This document shows positions 15,609 to 36,949 of a stretch of DNA of 64,000 nucleotides, one piece after another (positions within the stretch are counted from its first letter, which is position 1; each line of letters starts with the position of its first letter). The stretch is taken from NCBI RefSeq assembly GCF_009914755.1, contig NC_060940.1; one strand, written 5' to 3'. Below the pieces are notes generated by a model. It saw nothing but the letters and a program-made list of their open reading frames with translations, did not search any database and was not told the origin of the DNA. This stretch comes from the human T2T-CHM13v2.0 reference genome, Homo sapiens. The translations under genes and the position numbers were made by a program.

Positions 15609-16215
15609 CAGTCAACTTCATTATTTGCAGGTTCTGTATTTGCAAATTTGCCCACTTGCTAAAATTTATTTGTAATCTGACAATACTTGCCACACTTTCT
15701 TTTTTTTTTTTGGACATAGTCTCACTCTGTTGCCTAGGCTGGAGTGCAGCGGTGCAACCTCTGCCTCTTGGATTCAAGCACTTCTCCTGCCTCAGCCTCC
15801 TGAGTAGCTGGGACTACAGGCATGTACCACCATGCCCGGCTAATTTTGTGTGTGTGTTTTTAGTAGAGAAGGGGTTTCACCATGTTGGCCATGGCTGTTC
15901 TTGAACTCCTGACCTCAGGTAATGGGCCTGGCTAGGCCTCCCAAAGTGCTGGGATTACAGGTGTGAGCCACTGCACCTGGCCAATACTCGGCACACTTTC
16001 ACAGTTGTTCATGGACAGGCACTGAAATGCTGAGAAGCTGAGTCGTGTGACGTGCACCCTCCCATCTGAGGCTGAACAGGGCGATGTCCTGCCTCCTTGT
16101 ATCTGCAAATAAGTGTTATCATTGTGGTCTATTAAGTGTCACCTTAATTTTTTGCATTTTTGTGTTTTTTGGGGGTGCTTTTTTGCTGCTTAAAAAGGCC
16201 AAGTGTAGTGCTGAA
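15609..16215. mobile_element. TcMar-Tigger element (MER82-like) split by an Alu and truncated by a second Alu
   Basis: CAGTCAACTTCATTATTTGCAGGTTCTGTATTTGCAAATTTGCC terminus; TTTGCATTTTTGTG...AAGTGTAGTGCTGAA. Confidence 0.65.
15697..15982 (-). mobile_element. AluS (small internal deletion)
   Basis: antisense Alu; degenerate TSD AATACT..(G/C)CACACTTT. Confidence 0.9.
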
Positions 16216-16469
16216 GGCTGAGGCAGAAGGATTGCTTGAAGCCAGGAGCTTGAGACCAGCATGGGCAAAAAAGTGAGACCGACCTCTACAAAAGAAAAAA
16301 AAAAATTTAGCTGGGTGCAGTGGTGTGTGCCTGTAGTCCCAGCTACTTGGGAGGCTGAGGTGGGAGGATAGCTTGGGCCCAGGAGTTTGAGGTGCAGTGA
16401 GTTATGATTGTGCCACTGCACCCTAGCCTGGGCAACAGAGCAAGACCACATTTCTTAAAAAGAAAAAAA
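16216..16469 (+). mobile_element. 5'-truncated AluJ followed by (CA)n (16470-16562)
   Basis: J-type GGATTGCTTGAAGCCAGGAG, GAGTTATGATTGTGCC. Confidence 0.9.
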
Positions 16470-16577
16470 TACACACACACACACACACACACACACCCAC
16501 ACACACACAAACACCACACACACAGCCTCTATGATTAGTAATTTAAAAGCACACACACACACGTATATATATAGCAT

Positions 16578-17199
<622 letters not shown>

Positions 17200-17359
17200 C
17201 ACCATGCTTCCTAACCATTCTGAGGGCATAGATCCATTGAGAAAGTGATGTAGGACTTGGGCCTTCGCTCCTAAAAAATGCACATGAATACGTAATCTTG
17301 TGTGCAAGCTGAGGGATCTGACACAGGTTTAGAATCCTTGAGCCAATGCTGATGAATCC

Positions 17360-18852
<1,493 letters not shown>

Positions 18853-19061
18853 TAAAAATCATTTCTCTGACCATTTTGAATTTTGATTCCTTATGTACTT
18901 TGCTTTTTTACTGAACTCATATGTCTCTGTGAACTGGATACCAATCACTGTGCCTGGCACACAGTTGGTGCTCAGAGATGGTGGTGGTGGTGAACGGATG
19001 AGTGTGAAAATGAACATTCAAAATTTGGTGTTTCAAGGTCCACCTTTAGATACGGATTCTT

Positions 19062-19866
19062 TTTTTTTTATTATACTTTAAGTTACCTGCACAACGTGCA
19101 GGTTAGTTACATATGTATATATGTGCCATGTTGGTGTGCTGCACCCATTAACTCGTCATTTAACATTAGGTGTATCTCCAAATGCCATCCCTCCCCCTCC
19201 CCCCACCCCACAACAGGTCCCGGTGTGTGATGTTCCCCTTCCTGTGTCCATGTGTTCTCATTGTTCAATTCCCACCTATGAGTGAGAACGTGCGGTGTTT
19301 GGTTTTTTGTCCTTGTGATAGTTTGCTGAGAATGATGGTTTCCAGCTTCATCTATGTCCCCACAAAGGACATGAACTCATCATTTTTTATGGCTGCATAG
19401 TATTCCATGGTGTATATGTGCCACGTTTTCTTAATCCAGCCTATCATTGTTGGACATTTGGGTTGGTTCCAAGTCTTTGCTATTGTGAATAGTGCCACAA
19501 TAAACATACGTGTGCATGTGTCTTTATAGCAGCGTGATTTATAGTCCTTTGGATATATCCCCAGTAATGGGATTGCTGAGTCAAATAGTATTTCTAGTTC
19601 TAGATCCCTGAGGAATCACCACACTGACTTCCACAATGGTTGAACTAGTTTACAGTCCCACCAACAGTGTAAAAGTGTTCCTATTTCTCCACATCCTCTC
19701 CAGCACCTGTTGTTTCCTGACTTTTTAATGATTGCCATTCTAACTGGTGTGAGATGGTATCTCATTGTGGTTTTGATTTGCATTTCTCTGATGGCCAGAG
19801 ATGATGAGCATTTTTTCATGTGTCTTTTGGCCACATAAATGTTTTCTTTTGAGAAGTGTCTGTTCA
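19062..19866 (-). mobile_element. 5'-truncated L1PA (PA4/5-like): ORF2 C-terminus plus 3'UTR
   Basis: peptide ...[20 protein letters not shown]; 14-bp TSD AGATA(C/T)GGATTCTT (19048-19061, 19867-19880). Confidence 0.95.
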
Positions 19867-20978
19867 AGATATGGATTCTTAAGAGCAATGTCTGGTTTTG
19901 ACTTTTCGACTGTAGTTTTTTATCCCCCTTTCTCAGGAAGCTTTGAGTCTTAGAATGTTGCCTATAAAGAGAATTTGGGATCATTAAAATTGATTTACTG
20001 AATGGTTTTCATGATCATAACCAGATATATGGTGCCCAAGGACAGAAGAAGAAATTAGCCCTTGTTCATACCAAAGCCACTTACACGCATAAATCTAAAG
20101 GAAAAAACGATCATTTTGGATAAAAAATGATGCACAAAAAGTTATAGAATATAAATGCAAAGTAGCCCGGGTTTATGTTATGCTTGGGGAAAGAAAAGGA
20201 AAACCCAAGTTTAAGATTGTAAATGGATGGAGCATGTGGCTTGGAAAATGTCCTCTCTTCTCCTGTTACTGACACCTACTGTGTGCCTGGTACCGAACCA
20301 AGCACTTACACACAGAATCAACTTTTACCCATACAAATCTCTGCTTGATGGGAATTACCATTTCCATTTTACAGCTGAGGACACTGAAATTCAGCATATT
20401 TATGCCAGTGGCCCCAAGTTCCTACAGTTAGGAAGTGGCAGAGGCAGGATTTGAACCCTTGTCTCCCTGGTGTCAAAGCTACAGTTCTGGGTCCCAGTTG
20501 TAATCTCTCAAAACATGGGGCAAAAAGCCCAAAGCCTGGACTTCACACTTAGTCCCAGCAGTCAGCCCAAGGCTCTTAAAATTCCTTCTTGCCAAGATCA
20601 GCACTGGCTCCAAAGTCCAGGGAGGGCTGGGCTTTTTTGTTGGGGGTCAAAGGATCAATGGGAAGACTCCACCTTGGCGGGATGTGCAGGTGAAGTGCTC
20701 CAGCTCTGAGGACGAATCCTGGAAGAGAAAACCTGATCCCAGTAAGAGAAAGGTTTCCCTCCCTCTGCTTCTTGGGTCAATGAGGGTTACGTGTGTGCCT
20801 GCATGCCACAGGGAATGTTTGCATGTGTATGTGAAGCCCATGTACTTCTGTGTAAGAGGGTGTGCCTGTCTCTGTTTGTATTTTGTGTGTGTTTTGGTGT
20901 TGTATGTTTTGTGATCATTTATGCCTGTAGGGATAAAAGGGATAAAGGGAAGAGGAAGGAGGCTGTACCTACTTATAA

Positions 20979-21285
<307 letters not shown>

Positions 21286-22112
21286 TAATATAATTTATTT
21301 TATTTCTGTTATACCTGGTTTCTTCGTGCTTCTTGTGTTGCTATAACAGAATACCACGGACTGGATAATTTATGTGTGTATGTGCGTACACATACAGGTG
21401 TGAGCGCATGCACGTGCTTCCTATGAAGTATAAGTAGGTGGGTCTCTGTGTGTGTACTCACCTATATTCCTGTGGTGTGTGTGTGTGTGTGTGTGTGTGT
21501 AGAACCACTTGCAACAATGAGGAAGTCTGTATATAGCCAGTCTGATTTCCTGCCAAGCTGTTTAGCAGGTTTCAGAGAGTGTCTATTTACTTCTTATTGA
21601 AACTGCTCTGCAATTTCATTTTCCATTTGATCAATTGGGTTTTGTTTATCTTCCATAAATCTCACTTTGGCAACTCTAACTCTGCTGATTCTCACATCTC
21701 TCATTGTTCTCAACAGTGTAGTGTCTCTTATGAGGACTCGTATTCTGCCCCAGCCTTCCTGTGATGCCAGTTTCCCACTGGGCTGTGGTCGTGTTTCATT
21801 GGCCTCGACACTGGGAAGCCTGGCTTCAGGAGCAATGTCCAGACCTGTCCTCTTAGCTCTCTTGAAATACACAGATTATCTTGGCTACTGGTAAATTTGG
21901 CATTATCTTAGGCGGCATGATATGAGGCACAGAGAGGGACGGATTTTGAATTAAATGGAGCTATTTTCAAATCTGGCTTTGGAATCTACCAGATAAATGA
22001 CCTCAGGCAAGTCCTTCTTTTTCTTTTTGTCATGAAATCTCATATAACAAAGAGAATTATAAATCCTCAGTTGAAAGAATAAAAATAATGTCTTCAAAAC
22101 ATTGATTACTTA

Positions 22113-22631
22113 GTGTGTCAGGTAGATGTTGCTGCGTAACAAACCATATCAAAAGTTAGTGGCTGAAAAACTATGAACTTTTTTTTCTTGTTCGTGATTC
22201 TCAGTGTTGGCAATCCCGGTGGGTTCTTCTTGGTAACTCTTCTATACCTGGTGGGGCTTCCTCATGTGTCCATGGTCAGTTGAAGGTTGAGTTGATGACC
22301 TTGCTTTTGGAGGTTGGCTTGCTGTTAGCTGTGGTCTCTTGATTCTAATGTGCATGGTCTCTCAGCCTCCAGAAGGCCAGCCTGGGCTTGTCATCATGAT
22401 GGAGGCAAAGGCCCAAGAGAGACAGTAGAAGCCTGCAAAGCCTCTTAAGAGCTCAGCTTAGAGCTGGAATGCTGTCAGTTCCACTATGTTCTATTTGCCA
22501 AATGAAGTTAACCAGGCCATCTTAGGTGCAAATGGTGGGGAAATAGACTCTACTTCATCATGGAAAGAAGCTGCAAATTCACAATGGAAAGGATGTGGAA
22601 GCAGGGAGGCCATTAATTGGAGCAATCAGTA
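22113..22631 (-). mobile_element. MLT1 (F/G/H-like) LTR
   Basis: GTTGCTGCGTAACAAACC...CCAGCCTGGGCTTG...GTTCTATTTGCCAA...GGAAATAGACTCTAC. Confidence 0.65.
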
Positions 22632-22790
22632 CAATCATAATACTGCAATAGGCCGTCAATGTTTGCTGAATTGCTTGGAACCTAGGAGGCACTTATTGAA
22701 TATTAATTAATGGTAGTTAGTGTAACCTGTATAAGTCAGGATATCTACGTAGTCCAGTCTCAGCACAGATTTGCCTTAAAAGAAGTTGCC

Positions 22791-23108
22791 AGCCAGGTGC
22801 CATGGCTCATGCCTGTAACTCTAGTGCTTTGGGAGGCTGAGGCAGGAGGATTGCTTCAGCCCAGGAGTTCAAGACCAGCCTGGGCAACATAGCAGGACTC
22901 TGTCTCTACAAAAAAAAAAAAAAAAAAAAAAAAGAAAAACAATTAGCTGGGTGTGGTGACACATGCTGTTAGCCCTAGCTACTTGGGAGGCTAAAGGAAG
23001 AGGATAACTTGAGACCAGGAGTTCCAGGAGTTTGAGGTTACAGTGAGCTATGACACCACTGCACTCTAGCCTGGGTGACAGAGCAAGACCTTGTCTCTAA
23101 AAAAAAAT
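22791..23108 (+). mobile_element. AluJ with extended A linker
   Basis: GGATTGCTTCAGCCCAGGAGTTCAAGACC; small CCAGGAGTT duplication. Confidence 0.9.
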
Positions 23109-23532
23109 TGCATTATGGAAGACAATTTAGTTGAAAGAAATTAAAACTTTTACTCAGTCTCTCAATCATCTTAAAAAATCATAGCTCATCTCACTCACCT
23201 CAAATCACTTCCTAAATCTCCTGGGAAAAGACCAACTCATCTCTCCTCTCTTACTTTCCTAAACCATGACACTCAGCCCAAAAAACTTACCTGTCTCCCT
23301 TTTACTTCATGTTTCCACCTTTGTTCTTTATTATATAAATCAACTTAGCCTTTCTGGATCGTCAGATTTCTTTCTACTTTGCCCTTTTAACGCACACATA
23401 AAGGGGAACCTAAGAACTGACCCAGGAAGAAAGAATTTTTTTCTCTTTAAAAGGCCAAAAGGGAGTGAGAAGAGGAGGGCACTGTACCTACTAATAGCCT
23501 AATAACATTTGTTTTATTTCTGTTATACCTGG

Positions 23533-23930
23533 TTTATTAGTCTATTTTGTGTTGCTATAACAGAATACCACAGACTAGGTAATTTATAAACAATAGAATT
23601 ATATCTGGCTCATGGCTTTTGAAGGCTGGGAAGTCCAAGAGCATGGCACTAGTATCTGGCAAGAGGCTTTGTGCTGTGTCGTCCCATGGTGGAACATGGA
23701 AGAGCAACAGAGGGCGAGAGTAAGTGAATAAGAAGGAGCTAAATTCACTTTTATAAAAATCCACTCTCAAGATAATTAAACTTTTATCCCAATAACAACC
23801 TTAATCCTTTCATGAGGGCAAAGCCTTCAAGACTTAATCCCCTTTTATTAGGCCCCACTTCCCAACACTGTAGCATCGAGGATGAAGCATCCAACATATG
23901 AATTTTGAGAGACAAATTTGAACTGTAACA
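23533..23930 (-). mobile_element. MST-type MaLR LTR
   Basis: TATTAGTC...TTGCTATAACAGAATACCACAGACT...GGCTGGGAAGTCCAAG...CATGAGGGCAAAGCC. Confidence 0.8.
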
Positions 23931-24756
23931 TTAGGGTATTGTTATGTTTAGAAGATCTCTTCTGCACTCTGCTTCAAACTGTTTTTTCCAGCTTTTTGCC
24001 TTCTCTTAGCCTGATTTTTTCTTTTGATTGCAGAAAACTCTGCTACAATGTCAGTTTCTTGGGGATCTATCATCAGGTCCCAAGAGAATATTTCTCAGAA
24101 TGGTCAAAGAGGAGGGTGAGAAAGAGCTGGGGTATTGGGCGATCTACCAAGGGTGTAGGCATCCAGGGTGGTCCATTTCCTTCAGCCAGACTCCTAGTCT
24201 TCCTTCTTCCCTCAACAGGGAGCCCCCACTCTGTCAAACCCCTGAGACTTCAAGGACATAGCACAGAGTGTGAGAGATTAGTCCTACCTCTTTCCCCCAT
24301 TCATCCCCACCACTATCTATCCTAGCCTCATCTCTACGTTGGTCTTTCTGACCTTCTCAACTGCCCCAGTTGTTAATTCATGGTCTTTGGTTTCACCATC
24401 TCATTTTCCTGGATCCCTACATCCAGGCTTGTTTTTTCTTTCTTGTTTGGGAGGCATTCAAAATGTACCCTGCTAACTCATTTCTTCAGAACGATGACAA
24501 TAAAACATACCGACTGCCTCCTGTGTGCCATACACTATGCTACACACTTTGCTTGCATTATTAAATATTACCTTCCTACATGACTATCTTACATACCTAT
24601 GAGGTAGGCGAACGTGACCATTTCCATCTTACAGAAGAGGGGAAGTGATGCTGCCTGTCCAAGGCCATTTAGTTAGCACAGCTGGGATTCAAGCCCAGGC
24701 CTGTCTTATTTTAATGTTCATGCTTTAGAAACTACATCAAACTGTCCCTCCAACCT

Positions 24757-25143
<387 letters not shown>

Positions 25144-25304
25144 CCCCAACTTGAGCCTTCTTTTGTGAAGAGCCTGGGTAAACAGTCTCATCAGGGAGGT
25201 CTGGCTCAGCACCGAAGCCTCCTCCTGCTTCCCCTGATCAGAAAAGGAGAGTTCCCAGACCCTCCGTGTGTCCTGCATCCTCTCCAATTCCTGACACCTG
25301 TCTT

Positions 25305-28499
<3,195 letters not shown>

Positions 28500-28714
28500 T
28501 GAAGCCTCCTTGGGGCCCTTGGGTGATGTAACAAGGTAAGAATTCCATCTGGTTTGCAGAATCTTAGGAAACTTACTGTCCTCTCAATGCCACCCAGTAG
28601 CACCAGGGGGATAGGCAATGCCTTCTGCTTATTGAGACATCTTTCTTAAATCTCTCCCAACACCTAACCAACCAACCATCATCACAAATGATGGAGGATT
28701 AGCAGAAAGGAGAG

Positions 28715-29340
<626 letters not shown>

Positions 29341-30462
29341 GAGGGGAAAAGCAAATATCCAGATGATTCCCTCCACCCCCAAAACAAACTGATTTGTCCT
29401 TAAGAATCTTATTTTATTTTTAAACACTTTGGGATTTTAAAAATAGAATTCCCCTGATGATTCTCTCACTTAAAGACTTGCATTTAGATCAAGTAACTTC
29501 AAGTGTCCAGGCACCAGAAATACTGCTCAGAACCATATATTTCCCCTCCAACATGCAGCATAGGTGTCAGTCTCATAAATAGGGGGAATGCCAGATGTGC
29601 CCAAGTGTGGACTTAGCCAGTACAAAAGCGCAAATATATCGGACACGCAGACTTAGACAGGTTTGCTACATAACCAGAGAGATCACTGGATTTACTCAGT
29701 TCCAAATGAGCAGCTCCCCTTTTAAGCTTCTTCAAGCTTGGCATCTGTGGGACTTTGTAAATCCCCAGCAGAGCTCAGGGGAAGTGGTCCTGAATTGTTT
29801 AACAGCCACAGCAATTACTTTGTTTTATACACGACATTCTTACCTCATCCATCTGGGAGGACAACAGGTGGAGCAACTAAAAAAAAAATTGTGTGAGTGC
29901 TTGAGTGGCTCCAAGTTGAATATTAAACAGAAACCCTCAGTGCCCCACGATTCTGGAGATTGGTGTGCATTTGTGATATACAACAGAAGTCAAATCAATA
30001 TTCAACCAGAGAAACAAATCAGGAGTGAACAGTTTCATACTTAGCCAAGTGTGCTGAGCTCTCCAAGGATGTAGAAAAGAAAGATTTCCTCGGTCCTCTG
30101 TGCATGCCCCAAAGGACATCTAAAATCTTCCCAAGGTTAACACCAGAATAAAAGAGACCTTTGGCAATTGTGATATTGTGAGAATTTCCATTCGATAAAG
30201 ATAATGGAATTTTTAAAGTACTTCTTGGTTGCTATTAGGTCCATGCTGGGAAAATGATGGAAAAAATCCAGGAAAAATATTTTTTAATATTAGTGGGAAA
30301 TAATATAGAGAAGAAAGAAAATCCCCCGCTAATGAGGAACAATCTAATTTCTGGAAATGGCCACTGTGTTGGATAGATTTTCTGTAATTTCGATTATTGG
30401 TATGATTGATTAATCTTGGGATGGCCAACAAGAATGTAAAGAGTTGTCTGGTCACAGATTCT

Positions 30463-30688
30463 TTTTTTTTTTTTTTTTAATTTTATTATACTTTAAGTTC
30501 TGGGATACATGTGCACAATGTGCAGGTTTGTTACATAGGTATACACATGCCATGGTGGTTTGCTGCACCCATCAACCCGTCATCTACATTAGGTATTTCT
30601 CCTAATGCTATCCCTCCCCTAGCCCCCCACCCCCCGACAGGCCCTGGTGTGTGATGTTCCCCTCCCTGTGCCCATGTGTTCTCATTGT
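30463..30688 (-). mobile_element. Short L1PA (PA6-8-like) 3'UTR stub
   Basis: TCTGGGATACATGTGC...CCCATCAACCCGTCATCTAC; TSD TTGTCTGGTCACAGATTCT (30444-30462, 30685-30703). Confidence 0.92.
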
Positions 30689-31148
30689 CTGGTCACAGAT
30701 TCTAGGGAATGGGAGATTGAGAGTACATCAGTTTATGCCTTTTTCAGCATCTCGTCTTATCTCACTTTGTAAATTCTATGAGCTGAAGGAAAGGTCATGT
30801 GTCTCTTCTTTTAGGACACAGTCCAGTCCAGGTATCTGAGTGGTCACCCCATGTCTGTGTGTCTCCTGAAATGGCGATGTCTTGTGGGGTTTCTAGTTGC
30901 AGGTGCCATCAGAATTTGGAGGCCAAAAAAGTAATGGTGGTGGTCCAAGGTGGACATCTGTCAAATGGGTAGTTTGAAAGATGGATTCAGGAGCTGAGAT
31001 GCTGTGTCTATTATGGATGTTGAGACAGAGAATCATGTTATCTAACTTTTGGGAAGAGTGGAAAACGTCATCTCGTCCCACAACTGCCAGGAGCGATGCA
31101 ATGGAGGATTCGAAATCACGTGCCGCGACAAGCTAGAGTTACTCCTCC

Positions 31149-31167
31149 AAGCCACCAGGTGTCACTG
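31149..31167 (+). promoter_or_regulatory. Candidate CTCF motif in a CpG-retaining patch
   Basis: AAGCCACCAGGTGTCACTG vs consensus TGGCCACCAGGGGGCGCTA; about 10 CpGs in 31060-31215. Confidence 0.5.
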
Positions 31168-32020
31168 GTGTGCCAAGGCGGCAACGAAGCCAAGTTTTCC
31201 CGGTGGATGCGGACACTGGAAACCAGCAATCCTTTTAGTTCCCCAACCTGGTTGCCCATCAGAATTCCTTGAGAAATTTAAATAATAATTCTTGGAAATC
31301 ACTTCAGACCCACTGAATCAATCGAGGCCCAGAAATGAGTATCTAAAAAAAATTGTTATATGGAAATTGTCATTATTTGGGATGTGTGTGCTGGGGGATT
31401 GCTGCTGTATATTATATCTCTATTTAAATAAATGTCCCAGGTGATTCTGTAGTTGCAGCAGGTGTTTGGAAAAATGGAACCAATTTCTTTAACAAAGAAG
31501 AAGACTAATTTTCCAAGAGTTGAGGGACTTGCTTAATGCCACCCAAGACAGAGCCATGCTTAGAGGCTGGGCACCTCAACTCAAGTGGGGTCCCTTCCCT
31601 CTAGGCAGGGCTGCAGCTCCTAAAGTAGTTCCGGAGACTTCTAGGAAGTTTTGTGCCCTCTCTTGCACTCCCCCCCCCTGCCCCCACCAAGCCCAAAAGA
31701 CACATCCACAGAAGAACTGGTTTATTTGGCAGAATATAATCTTCTTATCCTCTCTGATAGCTCTCCTCCCACCTCATTCTCCAGAGCTCCCACATACAGA
31801 GGTCTGATCCCCCTCCTCCAGGTGAGTGATCTCCATGGGCAATTGGACAAAGCAGAATGGCCTACGCTCTGGCACAGCTGATGGGTTAACATGTAACATT
31901 TATTGAGCATCTAGTACGTGCCAGGCACTTTCCCATCCATTTGAATGTCATATCAACATTCTGAGAACTACAAATTATTATTTCAATTTACCAAATGAAC
32001 AAACAGGCTCAGAGAAGTGA

Positions 32021-32428
<408 letters not shown>

Positions 32429-33424
32429 TAACTCTCCCATCACATCCAAAGAATTTCAGCTATTCTCACCTAGTTTAGAAACTAACCCACTCTCCAGGTT
32501 AAAAAAAAATAAAGTCTGTGAGTGTCTTTTTCAGGTGAAAGTAAGATCCAGGGATATTATTTAATACTTTATAAAATTTCCTAAAATATTGAGGTTTGAA
32601 GGAAATAAACTATACAGCAAACTTAGTGCACAAATCATCACTTTTCTCTGGTGGATCTCAAAGAACTTTTAAATCAGAGAATTCTTAACTGGGAGTAGAC
32701 CTTGGTGAGGTCGGCATTAGTGTTAATGAAGTCTTTCATGTTCTTGACATCCGAGACATTTTCCCGAGGATGGAGGTCAAGTCCTGGCATTTGTAATCAG
32801 TTGATAAAAGACATGTGTGCACAGCCACATGGGAAATTTATGAATATTATCAAATAACGATGTAGGGTATAATTAAGGTTGAGCTATTAAGTACTAATTA
32901 ATTAAGCTGTCATATTTTAATCAAGGAATTGATTGTTTCTGTATAGAGCTCTGATGGTTCCGCATCTTTGCAAAGCTCTGGAACCCTGATTTGCAAAGAT
33001 TAACAAATTAAAAAGCCACACTTTAGCTATTACGTCCTCTGCAAGAGGCAGTGAGCTTTTCTGCTTCCTGGAGAGTGTGGATTCAACAAATTTCTGATTC
33101 TTTCCAAAAGCCAAAAAGGTAGGTGAGCGCTCTTGGATAGGCCCAGACCCAAAGGTTGTACTTAGGGTGGTCATTATTCAGATTTTTTTAAAAAATAATT
33201 TTTTGAGTACCTACTCTGTGCTTGAAAATACGTTATCTTGCTTTATCGTCAAAGCAACCCACTTTACAGAAGAGGAAACTGAGGTTTAAAGAGGGATTGA
33301 AACCTTCTCACTGTCCTGTAAGTGAGGCCAAATGTCTTCAGGGGAGGAGCAGTGGGTTTGAGTTTGTTTTCTCTGAGACTGCAAGGACTGAGCTCTCTTT
33401 GCTTTTGATGGTACCATTGTAGCT

Positions 33425-33734
<310 letters not shown>

Positions 33735-34077
33735 TATTTTTATTTTTATTCCATTTTGCATCACTACTTCCTCTCTTGCCAATCTCTCTTCCTATTGCGT
33801 GAAGATTGCTTATCTCATGAAAAACACACCGATTTTTGGAGTCATACAGATCAGGGCTTAAATTCTGACTTGGCTAGTTACTGGTATCAGAGTTTGAATA
33901 TATTATTTTCATTTTTCTGAACCTCGGCTTTCTCATCTGTGAAATGGGAGCAAAGCCACCACCTTGCAGAGGATTAAATGGCATAACACCCTCATTGTAT
34001 TGAGCACTTCCTATCCTTCAGGTGTGGTGCTAGGCACATTATATTCATCAGTTCATTTAATATTCCTCACAGTAATC

Positions 34078-34288
34078 CTGTGCTGTCCAGTAGACTTTCT
34101 GCAGTGATGAAAATATTCTATAGCCGCCCTGTCCAACGTGGTTTTCATTAGCCAAGCCTATATAGCTGTGTGCTTGAAATGTGGCTCATGTAACTGAGGG
34201 ACAGAATTTCTAGTTTTCTTTAATTTATAATGAATTAAAATTTAAATAGCCATATTTGGGTGTTGGCTACTGTATTAGATGGTACAGT
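34078..34288. mobile_element. MER3-like hAT-Charlie element
   Basis: CTGTGCTGTCCAGTAGACTTTCTGCAGTGATG...TTTAAATAGCCATAT...GGCTACTGTATTAGA. Confidence 0.75.
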
Positions 34289-34303
34289 TTAAGGATGTTC
34301 TAT

Positions 34304-34615
<312 letters not shown>

Positions 34616-36099
34616 TAACCTCATTTTATAGATCAGGGCTCAGAGAAACCATGTGACTTGCCTGTAGTCCTATAAATTGTAAGTGGCAGAGTTGGAGTTT
34701 GGGTGCAGGTGAGCTGACTCCTTCACTGATGTACTATGCCACTTTTAAGGCATCAGGGTTTATGGAAGCAGGGATGTTGCAGCACAAGTTGATGACCCGT
34801 TGTTGACATGCTGGGCTTCCTGCCTTGTAGCTTGAGCGTTCCATCCCTTCAGAAATGTTGCTGGGTCTAGCAGGGACAGTGTATCTTGCACAACCTCATC
34901 TACCCTGGAGGAGTCATCTGTTTATAGGCAGGAGATGAAATGGACTTGGATGGTGGGCCAGCTGAGAGGGCCTTGCAAAGCGTGGAGATTGATTACGTGG
35001 TGTGTGTTGGCCTCTTGGCAAGAGTGGTCCCGTGCTTTGGCATTTGGTCAGTTGAAGTGAAGGGTGGTTGTGTACCAAGTTCCATGTGGAGCTCTTTACA
35101 TGAATGATCTCATTTAGCACCGTAAGATAAGTGCTGCCACTGACCTGGAGTTGGAGAAATGGGAGCTCCAGGAGGCTAACTGATTTGTCTCTGATCACTC
35201 AACATCTCTGTTGTGAAGAATAAGCTCTTGATGGGACAGGCCTTTGGGATCCATCCCTGTGGGCAGGAGAGCCACAAGAGGAAGCTGTGGTTTTGCACGA
35301 TTTGCCCTCGGTAGTTGTGAACAGGGTGGGAGAAGGGAGGTGATGAGCTAAGGAGGAATATGAACAAAAGGGAGCAACAGAAAAGAAAGTCATTATAATA
35401 ATAATCATCATAATTATGCCAGTTCTCCCTGTCCTCTCCCTGGAATCCCTGTGACTCCCCTACACCCAACACAGTGGCCCTTTCTGGAGACATCTGGGAC
35501 CACAGTATCTGTCCTCCTCAGAGTAATCATTAGAAGAGAACAGCAGTTATCTTTAGAGCCAATGGAAGCAAACTCACCAACATTTAAGGAAATGTGTCTG
35601 TATTTAATAGTTTGTTTCTTTAATGGAGCCATAAGAATGCCAAGATTCACACATTTTGGGATTCCTAATTGAATCATGTAAGTGGAAAATGTGAGCCCTG
35701 GGAATCTTTGGAAAAACGGGCAAGAGGTTTGTCAATGTCAGGTTGCCGAGCTGGCTTCCTTCCAGGACAGCTTGGTGCCTGCGCCGGTGAGTCTCCTGCA
35801 CTGGGGCCTGTCTGTGCCGGTTAATTTCCTTCCGGGACAGCACTGTTCTGCAGGAAAACTCTAAGAAACAAATGAAAACAAAACAGTCTTTTTGGCTGTT
35901 GGAAGGTGGTGCATCTGAGCCTTCTGTCCCTGCCCCATCTGACTGCCAGGGGTGTAGTTTTCTGAGATTTTGAAGCACTGGGCAAGGAGTCAAGGCCTTG
36001 GTGCTTGAATTTTGACTCTGCTATGTTCTAGCTGTGTGACTTTGCATGAGTTACTAAACCTCTCTGAGACTCAATGCCTAATTCTGTTAAAATGGGTAG

Positions 36100-36949
36100 C
36101 CCTTGGGACCTGTGAATGTGACTTTGTTTGGAAACAGGGTTTTTGCAGATGTAATTAAGACGAAATTATACTGAAGTAGGGTGGTCCCTTAATCCAGTAT
36201 AACTGGTGCCCTTATATGAGGAGAAAAGACACAGACACATGGGGGGAGGCAGCCACATGGAATGGAGGAAGAGATTGGAGTGATGCTTCCAGGAGCCAAA
36301 GAACACCTGGGGCTACCAGAAGCTGGAAGAGGTAAGAAGACTCCTCTCCTGACATGGAATCAACCCAAATGCCCATGAGTGATAGACTGGATAAAGAAAA
36401 TGTGGTACATATACACCATGGAATACTATGCAGCCATAAAAAGGAACAAAATCATATCCTTTGCAGGGACATGGATGAAGCTGGAAGCCATTATCCCCAG
36501 CAAACTAACGCAGGAACTGAAAACAAAACACTGCATGTTCTCACTTATAAGTGGGAGCTGAACAATGAGAACACATGGACACGGGGAGGGGAACAACACA
36601 TGCTGGGGCCTGTCGGGTGGCGGGGGAGGAGGTGGGGAAGAGCATCAGAAAAACATAGCTAATGCATGCTCAGCTTAGTACGTAGGAGACGGGTTGATAG
36701 GTGCAACAGAGCACATGACACACATTTACCTATGTAACAAACCTGCACATCCTGCACATGTACCCTGGAACTTAAATCACATCAATCAAATAAAAAGAAG
36801 ATGCCTCTCCTGGAGGCTTCAGAGGGAGTATGGCTCTGCCGTCACCTGATTTAGGGCTTCTCGCCTCCAGAACTATGACAGTAAATTGCTGTTGTTTTAA
36901 GACATCCAGTTTGTGGTACTTTGTTATGGCATCTTCAGGAAATGAACAC
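36100..36949 (+). mobile_element. MLT1B/C MaLR LTR interrupted by an L1 3' end
   Basis: ACCTGTGAATGTGACTTTGTTTGGAAACAGGG...CCTCCAGAACT...GTTTGTGGTACTTTGTTATGGCA. Confidence 0.8.
36352..36795 (+). mobile_element. Older L1PA (PA11-16-like) 3' end nested in the MLT1
   Basis: DWIKKMWYIYTMEYYAAIK peptide; TSD AAGAAGA(CT/TG)CCTCTCCTG. Confidence 0.9.

Noticed and set aside
15314-15904. 196-aa ORF as a coding exon
   Set aside because: Non-ATG start; runs through Tigger-like and Alu sequence; no recognisable domain.
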